A stretch of 39,817 nt of DNA from a virus (lineage: Duplodnaviria; Caudoviricetes): IMG/VR virus record IMGVR_UViG_3300046380_000002, positions 1 through 39,817 of that record; one strand, given 5' to 3'. The position numbers and the translations under genes are program-made. Positions 17,319-22,958 of this stretch are shown piece by piece. Every line of letters starts with the position of its first letter. Position 1 is the first letter of the stretch. The notes under the pieces were generated by a model, which saw only the letters and a list, made by a program, of their open reading frames with translations, searched no databases and had not been told where the DNA came from.

Positions 17319-17655
17319 CAAGACCAGGCTCCACCTATTGGAGCTGTGGGGGCACTGCAACGAGTTCCGCACGGATGGCGCTGTTGCCAAGCACGTCCTG
17401 CATACAAAGGGCGCACCAGTAGCTAAAGCGCTGCTCGCTGCGGGCTGGGTGGAATCATCCAAAGTTGAAGACGTTTTTCTCATGCACGACTACCTCGACC
17501 ATCAACCATCACGCGCCGAGATTGAAGAACGAATTGCGGACAAGAAAGCGTCCGGCAAGGAGGGCGGGAAAAGGTCGGCGCACAAGCGTTGGCACCTAGA
17601 TCGAGGCGTTGTTGACCCCAAATGCTCACTCTGCCAAGCCGCCGATACGGGGTAG
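17239..17655 (+). CDS. Replication initiator-like (RepA-type wHTH) protein
   Basis: TTG after AAAGGAG; HPK...L, DG.V, HDYLDHQ.S, G..GG....H.RWH..RG...P.C..C; iteron cluster follows. Confidence 0.7.
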   Translation: MSKDTRPYFTVTNELFRHPKWTGLPNDKTRLHLLELWGHCNEFRTDGAVAKHVLHTKGAPVAKALLAAGWVESSKVEDVFLMHDYLDHQPSRAEIEERIADKKASGKEGGKRSAHKRWHLDRGVVDPKCSLCQAADTG

Positions 17656-17660
17656 CCAGA

Positions 17661-17768
17661 GTAAGCACTTTGTAAGCGGGTGCTTATGAAGTGCTTACCG
17701 AAATTTGTAAGCACTTTGTAAGCGAAATATAAGCACCAACACCAACACCTTACTTACTACGTAAGCAC
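17661..17768. repeat. Iteron cluster, putative replication origin
   Basis: Eight TAAGC(AC) units in both orientations; 18-bp direct repeat GTAAGCACTTTGTAAGCG at 17661 and 17707; AT-rich. Confidence 0.75.
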
Positions 17769-17888
17769 GGGGTCTCACCTACCGCTGTACTCATCTTCTA
17801 AAGAATGTGGGTGGAGATTTTAGCGGCGATCGTCGCCTAAGTAACGCACGGGCCTGCAACGTTCGCCGCCGAAAAGATTGGATCCATT

Positions 17889-18344
17889 TTGACTTTTACA
17901 CTCACGAACCATGAGGGGCAGCGACTCACGGCCTGCATGTTGGCGATGCGTCCGGACTGGGTCAAGAACAACCCCGGCCAAATGCTGGCCGAAGCGAACA
18001 CAGCTGGTCTGCCTGGTCACGACTTCGGGCACGCTCTCCGTGCCCTCGCCGCGTACTGCACAGCGAGGGATGAGAGCGGCTGGCAGTACCGGACACCGAA
18101 CCTGTACATCCAAGACGGCAAATACTGGACCACCACCGCACCGACGGACTGGGTACGCCCCGTGCCGCCACCATGTGCTGACCACCCAGAATCCGAAGCA
18201 CCAACATGCCGAGGATGCCACGCCGACGTAAAAGCAGGCGACCGACCACCAACCCACATCGGCCGACACTGGCAACCCACACCCGAACCACCCGAGGCTC
18301 CTGCAAACGCAGGGGCCTCCACTATTTCCCAGGAGGAAACATGA
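17889..18344 (+). CDS. Hypothetical replication-region protein
   Basis: RPDW, RTP and C..H.....C..C motifs; ATGA overlap with the next gene; start uncertain. Confidence 0.7.
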   Translation: MTFTLTNHEGQRLTACMLAMRPDWVKNNPGQMLAEANTAGLPGHDFGHALRALAAYCTARDESGWQYRTPNLYIQDGKYWTTTAPTDWVRPVPPPCADHPESEAPTCRGCHADVKAGDRPPTHIGRHWQPTPEPPEAPANAGASTISQEET

Positions 18345-18664
18345 GCATCTCGTACCCGACAGCCATCTACGCGGACTATCCGCCGTTCAACGGTTGGTCC
18401 GTCATCGCACAAGGCCACAACCTCACCGATGAGCAGATCCAGGAGGCCGTCGCAGAAGCAGCCGATGGCGGTTGCATCGCCACGGCCAAGCAGGAGGAAT
18501 TCTTCTACTACGTGCCCCGAGTGAAGTGGTGCAGCAACCATGGCGCCGGAAGCTGCGACGAGGAAGGCGAATGGCACTCTCACTGGATCGCCGCTAAGCC
18601 CAACCCGAGCGCCGCCTACACAGTCATTGGTTACGCCTACCCGGCCGCCGAGGCCACCAAGTGA
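18341..18664 (+). CDS. Hypothetical protein
   Basis: AGGAGG RBS; PRVKWC..H...CD.EGEWH.H. Confidence 0.75.
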   Translation: MSISYPTAIYADYPPFNGWSVIAQGHNLTDEQIQEAVAEAADGGCIATAKQEEFFYYVPRVKWCSNHGAGSCDEEGEWHSHWIAAKPNPSAAYTVIGYAYPAAEATK

Positions 18665-18903
18665 GCGCGACTCTCTACTCCAAGCCCGCGTGTGTTCAGT
18701 GCACGGCGACTGTTCGGTGGCTCAAGAAGAACGGCCACGAACTGGTCACCGTGGATCTTACCCAAGACCCGGCCGCGTTGGAACTCGTCAAGGCACTCGG
18801 CTACGAACAAGCACCCGTCATCGTCATTGACGACACCACCCACTGGTCAGGCTTTCAGCCCGGAAAGCTCGCCCAACACTTCCCCAAGGAGCAAGCAGCA
18901 TGA
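18661..18903 (+). CDS. nrdH: NrdH-like glutaredoxin
   Basis: LYSKPACVQC, LGY.QAPV, HWSGF.P. Confidence 0.92.
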   Translation: MSATLYSKPACVQCTATVRWLKKNGHELVTVDLTQDPAALELVKALGYEQAPVIVIDDTTHWSGFQPGKLAQHFPKEQAA

Positions 18904-19094
18904 GCAAGTTCGCAGTTGGAAACCATGTCCGCGTGATTGCTGAGGCTGGGGTCACGAAGAACTATTTCGACGTCGTTGGCGTGGTGGATGAGATCCTGCC
19001 CGGCGTCGCGTATGGCGTTGGTGTGCACTTCGAGTCACTGGCGCCGCTCTGGTTCGCCGAACACGAACTCATCCTCGCCGAGGTGACGGTATGA
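18900..19094 (+). CDS. Hypothetical SH3-like small protein
   Basis: KFAVGNHVRV; AAGGAG RBS; overlaps at both ends. Confidence 0.7.
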   Translation: MSKFAVGNHVRVIAEAGVTKNYFDVVGVVDEILPGVAYGVGVHFESLAPLWFAEHELILAEVTV

Positions 19095-19339
19095 GCCGGC
19101 CGGTACACCCGAAGTGCGGCAAGTCCTTCCCGGGTGGCAACCGGGCTGGACACTGCGCGGCATGCTGCGAGACGTTCATCGGTGCCGTTGCCTTCGATGC
19201 TCACCGAACTGGCCAGCAAGGAATCGACCGTCGCTGTGAACTCACCGCGGCGCACTGGCAGGACGAATCCGGGTACTGGCACGTTGGCGAAAAGCTTACC
19301 GACGAACAAAAAGCCAAAATGTGGGGCGGCAAGTCATGA
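19091..19339 (+). CDS. FDXHR-type zinc-binding phage protein
   Basis: H..CG......HC..C.ETF....AFDAHR. Confidence 0.75.
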   Translation: MSRPVHPKCGKSFPGGNRAGHCAACCETFIGAVAFDAHRTGQQGIDRRCELTAAHWQDESGYWHVGEKLTDEQKAKMWGGKS

Positions 19340-19623
19340 GCAACCCTAGCAAGCTTGACCTGATCCAGGCACGGCATATCAGCCTTGATGACAGCTACAA
19401 GACCGGATGCAGCTGCTGCAAACCATCGGAAGCGCACGTAGACCGCGGCGACCTGCTTGCCGCACTCCGGGCCGTGGAAGCTATGCATCGCAACGAGGCC
19501 CGCGACTCCTTCGGACGGCCTGCCGACGCTTCAACAGGCCACGGCGGCTGGTGCTACAGGTGCGGGCGATACGACGGCGCACACTGCCCCGAGATCACCG
19601 CGATCCGGGACGCACTAGCATGA
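19336..19623 (+). CDS. Hypothetical Cys-rich protein
   Basis: ATGA overlaps; ALRAVEAMH...WC.RC......CP...AIRDAL. Confidence 0.7.
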   Translation: MSNPSKLDLIQARHISLDDSYKTGCSCCKPSEAHVDRGDLLAALRAVEAMHRNEARDSFGRPADASTGHGGWCYRCGRYDGAHCPEITAIRDALA

Positions 19624-19799
19624 CCGCGACGATCACGGTCACGAACCCGCCACCACCCGCGACGATGCCACCACTACCCGGGCCCAGTGACGTGGACCTT
19701 GACTGGGTGCCGGTCACCACCAAACCACCCATCCCTGCGGCGAAATGGGTAGGCGGGAACATCAGCAAGCAACACAGGACGAAAGGGAACCGAGCATGA
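19620..19799 (+). CDS. Hypothetical Pro-rich protein
   Basis: ATGA overlaps at both ends. Confidence 0.5.
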   Translation: MTATITVTNPPPPATMPPLPGPSDVDLDWVPVTTKPPIPAAKWVGGNISKQHRTKGNRA

Positions 19800-20077
19800 A
19801 CCTCACTGGATCAGCACAAGCAGAAGACCGCGCCGCCATCATCAGGAAAGCCAAAAGTGCGGCCACGAAGTACTACGGCGAAACCTGCATCGACGTAACC
19901 CTCAGCAATGAACGAACCGAGACAGTCATGGACGGGAGCATCGGAGGCGGCATTGAAACATTCACCACCGGATACACCGCCGACTGGGAGGCCAACGTCA
20001 AGCACATCTATAACCAGCCCACCTACGGGCCAGCGATATGCCAAGGCTGCAAGGAAGAGAAATGGCCGCATCGATGA
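19796..20077 (+). CDS. Hypothetical protein
   Basis: GAAAGGG RBS; ATGA overlaps. Confidence 0.65.
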   Translation: MNLTGSAQAEDRAAIIRKAKSAATKYYGETCIDVTLSNERTETVMDGSIGGGIETFTTGYTADWEANVKHIYNQPTYGPAICQGCKEEKWPHR

Positions 20078-20235
20078 CCTGCCCCGCCTGCCGAGGTACC
20101 GGGCGCATCATCTGGCGCTACGGCGGGGTGAACGCCAAATGCTGCCCGTGGTGCTCCGGGTCCGGTGCCGCAGACGAAACACAAGCCAGCCACAAGCTGG
20201 CCTTTTTTATGCCCACAACCAAGGAGGAAGCTTGA
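20074..20235 (+). CDS. Small DnaJ-like zinc-finger protein
   Basis: CPACRGTG ... CPWCSGSG. Confidence 0.6.
   Translation: MTCPACRGTGRIIWRYGGVNAKCCPWCSGSGAADETQASHKLAFFMPTTKEEA
20185..20214 (+). terminator. Intrinsic terminator-like hairpin
   Basis: GCCAGC/GCTGGC followed by CTTTTTTATGCCC. Confidence 0.6.
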
Positions 20236-20462
20236 ACTGCACATCGCCAGACGGCGGACACCAGAGCATTGAGGAAACCGCCATCCGTTGGGCGGCCGCG
20301 CTCGGTGCCGATCCGACCGACATGGTGGAGACGCTGCGAAAGATCATCAACCGCGCCCACCAGTACTACCCCGACGCGGCCACTGAACTCCGCGACCGAC
20401 TCAACACCCGACTCCGCGGAGAAGACCCCGGAACGCCGCTCCACTGGAAAGGCAGCCAATGA
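20232..20462 (+). CDS. Hypothetical protein
   Basis: TTG after AAGGAGG; ATGA overlap with the next gene. Confidence 0.55.
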   Translation: MNCTSPDGGHQSIEETAIRWAAALGADPTDMVETLRKIINRAHQYYPDAATELRDRLNTRLRGEDPGTPLHWKGSQ

Positions 20463-21052
20463 TCTGCACCACGCCAGAATGCGAGACATCAACCCAGACG
20501 TTCCTCTGCACCCAATGCGTGTCCGACCTGCAAGCCTGGATCGACAAGGCCCATGTACTGCTGCCCGACCTCGACGTGACCATTGCGCGGCTGGACGTGA
20601 CCCAGCCCGGCAACCCTGAGACACGCAGCAGCAACGTCGCCGGGAGTGCCGCGCCTGCCAACCTCGACGCACTCCAACTCAAACTCAACATGGAGTCCAT
20701 CACCCACACCGCCGACGAATACGCACTCATGGACCACGCCGCGGGAACGGCATGGATCATCGCGGAATGGTGCAAAAGCGCCGAGGTACTCATCAGCGGA
20801 CCCGAAGAACCAGTCATTGACCACGAGGCAAATAAGGAGCGAATCAAGGAGATCGCGCCACCAATGACCACCCGGCAACTACTGCCATGGCTCCGCACCA
20901 ACGCCAGGATCGCCATCACCAGCCAACAGATCCGGCACTGGGCTCAACGTGGACACCTCAAACCCGTCAGCCGCGAACCATCACCAACCTACTGGCCGCA
21001 CGAAGTCATCGAAGTGCAGGCGACAAGGAGAGACGCGCCGATAGAAAGTTAG
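20459..21052 (+). CDS. Putative late-gene regulator (Zn finger + MerR-like wHTH)
   Basis: CTTPEC...LCTQC N-terminus; ITSQQIRHWAQRGHL...Y C-terminal wHTH; last early gene before the late promoter. Confidence 0.75.
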   Translation: MICTTPECETSTQTFLCTQCVSDLQAWIDKAHVLLPDLDVTIARLDVTQPGNPETRSSNVAGSAAPANLDALQLKLNMESITHTADEYALMDHAAGTAWIIAEWCKSAEVLISGPEEPVIDHEANKERIKEIAPPMTTRQLLPWLRTNARIAITSQQIRHWAQRGHLKPVSREPSPTYWPHEVIEVQATRRDAPIES

Positions 21053-21053
21053 C

Positions 21054-21082
21054 TTGCCTGAGTTAAATAACTCCGCTAAAGT
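21054..21082 (+). promoter_or_regulatory. Putative late promoter with palindrome in the spacer
   Basis: TTGCCT-17-TAAAGT; spacer contains GAGTTA-AA-TAACTC. Confidence 0.7.
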
Positions 21083-21117
21083 GTTCCAAAGAGGCAGCAG
21101 AGCTGGCTCTACACACA

Positions 21118-21153
21118 GGATCGACCCACAAGGTTGGTCCTTTTTCTTTGCCC
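21118..21153 (+). terminator. Leader terminator just downstream of the late promoter
   Basis: GGATCGACC-cacaa-GGTTGGTCC followed by TTTTTCTTTGCCC. Confidence 0.7.
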
Positions 21154-21250
21154 AAATCCACAGTGGGCAGGCTTGGATGGATCTCCCAGGAGGTGCTATC
21201 TCCCGCGCAGGGTCAAGCGCACAGCTGGCGTCGGGATGACGCCAGCACAA

Positions 21251-21359
21251 CGAGGTTTAGTTCAGCGGCCAAGAACGCTGCGAGCAGTAGGGATCGAGGC
21301 CCGCCTAAATGCCAATGGCCCCGCACGCAGAAACGCCGGTTCGAATCCGGCAACCCCAC
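21251..21359 (+). ncRNA. tRNA-like element 1 (anticodon loop expanded to 43 nt)
   Basis: Acceptor CGAGGTT/AACCCCA (5 of 7 bp), TA, D stem GTTC/GAAC, stem CTGCG/CGCAG, T arm GCCGG-TTCGAAT-CCGGC. Confidence 0.75.
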
Positions 21360-21362
21360 GAC

Positions 21363-21434
21363 GCCATGTTGAGCTGCGATCCGCTAGACGGATAGCCGAG
21401 CCACGACAAGCCGGTGAAAGTCCGGGACATGGCA
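21363..21434 (+). ncRNA. tRNA-like element 2 (72 nt; acceptor + T-like arm, atypical core)
   Basis: Perfect GCCATGT/ACATGGC plus discriminator A; CCGG-TGAAAGT-CCGG; internal ATCCG-CTAGA-CGGAT hairpin. Confidence 0.55.
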
Positions 21435-21458
21435 TCCGGGAAACGCCCGTCACAGCGC

Positions 21459-21533
21459 TGCAAGGTAGCTCAATAGGTAGAGCGTTTCGTCTACGGGCGA
21501 TTGTAAATGCAGGTTCGAATCCTGCCCTTGTTT
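21459..21533 (+). ncRNA. tRNA-like element 3 (anticodon arm capped by a cUACGg tetraloop)
   Basis: TGCAAGG/CCTTGTT acceptor, TA-GCTC-AATAGGTA-GAGC D arm, TCGTC-TACG-GGCGA, T arm GCAGG-TTCGAAT-CCTGC. Confidence 0.78.
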
Positions 21534-21953
21534 CGAGTGCGCAACCCCCATATGCGCAACGGCCCGGCCCGCAGCCACTCAACAGCGGGCACACACTTCC
21601 CAGCAACCGCGTCATGCGCCGGCTGGGGCAAGTCCTTGGAACGTCAACCCACACCACTGGGCGCAACACGGCCGACTCGTGGCAAGCAAACCAAGGCACA
21701 CAACCACCGCCCACCGTCTCAGGCAAAGCGGAAGCAATAACCATAGGCAAAGACTTCGGTGTGGCGTCAAAGCCGACGACTCACAGCCAAGGGGCAACGC
21801 CGCGGTACTCCTCGTTCACCGCACACGACAAGCCACCTGCGCACACACCAAGACACTTACCCAGCGTGACGGCTGGTCAAGACCGTCACAACGTGGAGGC
21901 CCCGAACCACCGGCCGGAAGGCGGGGCAACCACACAACAAAGGTGGTGACATC

Positions 21954-22322
21954 ATCCCAATCGCACCACGCAAACCATGCTCCACAGTCGGATGCCCCGA
22001 GCTCGTAGGACCAGGATGCGGCAGCAAGTGCGATGAGCACACCGCCAAAGCAGACGCCGACCGTGGCACCAGCACACAGCGCGGCTACGGCAGGGCACAC
22101 CGCCTCAAGTTCCGTGAAGGCGTACTAGCCAAGCACCCCATCTGCCAGATGTGCCGCACCAAACCATCAACCGACGCAGACCACTACCCCAAATCAAAAC
22201 GCGAACTCGACAAGCTAGGGCTGGACAGCAACAACCCCCGCTACGGCCGTGGACTCTGCCACCCATGCCACAGCAAACACACCGCCAAAGCCCAACCAGG
22301 TGGCTGGGCAGCACCCTTCTAG
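21954..22322 (+). CDS. Packaging-associated HNH endonuclease (apparent ATC start; absent from the ORF track)
   Basis: Manual translation: (M)PIAPRKPCSTVGCPELV...CDEH...RGTSTQRGYG..H..KFR..VLAKHPICQMC....STDADHYP...RGLCHPCHSKHTA..QPGGW; AGGTGGTG RBS; directly upstream of cos/terS. Confidence 0.85.
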   Translation: MPIAPRKPCSTVGCPELVGPGCGSKCDEHTAKADADRGTSTQRGYGRAHRLKFREGVLAKHPICQMCRTKPSTDADHYPKSKRELDKLGLDSNNPRYGRGLCHPCHSKHTAKAQPGGWAAPF

Positions 22323-22358
22323 CCCGCGTGAAGTCTGGGAGTCACCTGTGAGACACCT

Positions 22359-22401
22359 GGGGGGTGCCCCCCTGAGGCCGACCCGAGCGCACCGCCGGTG
22401 A
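22359..22401. other. Putative cos region (candidate overhang CGCCGGTGA at 22393-22401)
   Basis: Between HNH and terS; GGGGGGTGCCCCCC palindrome; C/A-rich to G/T-rich composition switch. The exact overhang is inferred. Confidence 0.55.
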
Positions 22402-22461
22402 GGTCGTCTCGTCCCGGCGCGAATTTCGCGGTTCTTGTGGAGCGGCTTTTAGGAGGCTCAA

Positions 22462-22944
22462 ATGGCTGTCCGTGGCCCGAAGCCTAAGCCTGCGCTTCAA
22501 GTCGTCCGTGAGGGCAATCCTGGCCGTCGTGCGGTGAAGGATTCTGTGGTGTTGTCGCCTTCTGATCTGCTTGAGCCTGATTGGGAGGATTGGTTTCCTG
22601 GTGGTGGTTCTGAGTCTGCCCGTGCATGTCTTACGGCTAAGCGGTTGTGGACGAAGTTGGCGCCGACGCTTTCACGCTCGGTGGGTCTTGTTGGCGAGCA
22701 GCAGGAGACGCTTGTTGAGTATTGCATCACGTATGCCCGGATTGAGCAGGGTGAGCGCGATATTTCGCTGACTGGGATGGTTGTGACGACTGAGCGGGGT
22801 CAGGTAAAGAATGCTTGGACGGCTCCGTTGAATCAGTACCGTTCCCATTTGCGCTCACTGATTGGTGAGCTTGGGTTGTCGCCGGCTTCCGCTACTCGAA
22901 TCACCCGACCCACTACGGAGGATGATGACGATCCGTTTGATTGA
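22462..22944 (+). CDS. terS: Terminase small subunit (P27 family)
   Basis: RGPKPKP.L....GNPG.R; YC; N.W; ELGLSP.S..RI; acidic DDDDPFD end. Confidence 0.92.
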   Translation: MAVRGPKPKPALQVVREGNPGRRAVKDSVVLSPSDLLEPDWEDWFPGGGSESARACLTAKRLWTKLAPTLSRSVGLVGEQQETLVEYCITYARIEQGERDISLTGMVVTTERGQVKNAWTAPLNQYRSHLRSLIGELGLSPASATRITRPTTEDDDDPFD

Positions 22945-22958
22945 ACGGAGGCGGCGCT

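Noticed and set aside
17661-17768. Mini-CRISPR array
   Set aside because: Repeats are 5-18 bp, in mixed orientation, with no spacer-length unique sequences and no cas genes; they fit iterons.
21283-21325. Group I or archaeal-type intron in element 1
   Set aside because: Far too short for group I; no clear bulge-helix-bulge; no excision restores a canonical U33 loop.
21484-21500. Element 3 as tRNA-Val(TAC) or amber suppressor (CTA)
   Set aside because: Either register leaves 2-3 mismatches in the 5-bp anticodon stem, whereas the UACG-tetraloop fold pairs fully.
21746-21790. c-di-GMP-I riboswitch-like GGCAAA...AAAGCC
   Set aside because: Lacks the GAAA tetraloop/receptor and the second stem consensus; the resemblance is superficial unless Infernal says otherwise.
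21134-21949. 271-aa ORF across the late leader
   Set aside because: TTG start inside a terminator hairpin, no RBS, no protein-like motifs, and it overlaps clear tRNA-like folds; probably a chance open frame.
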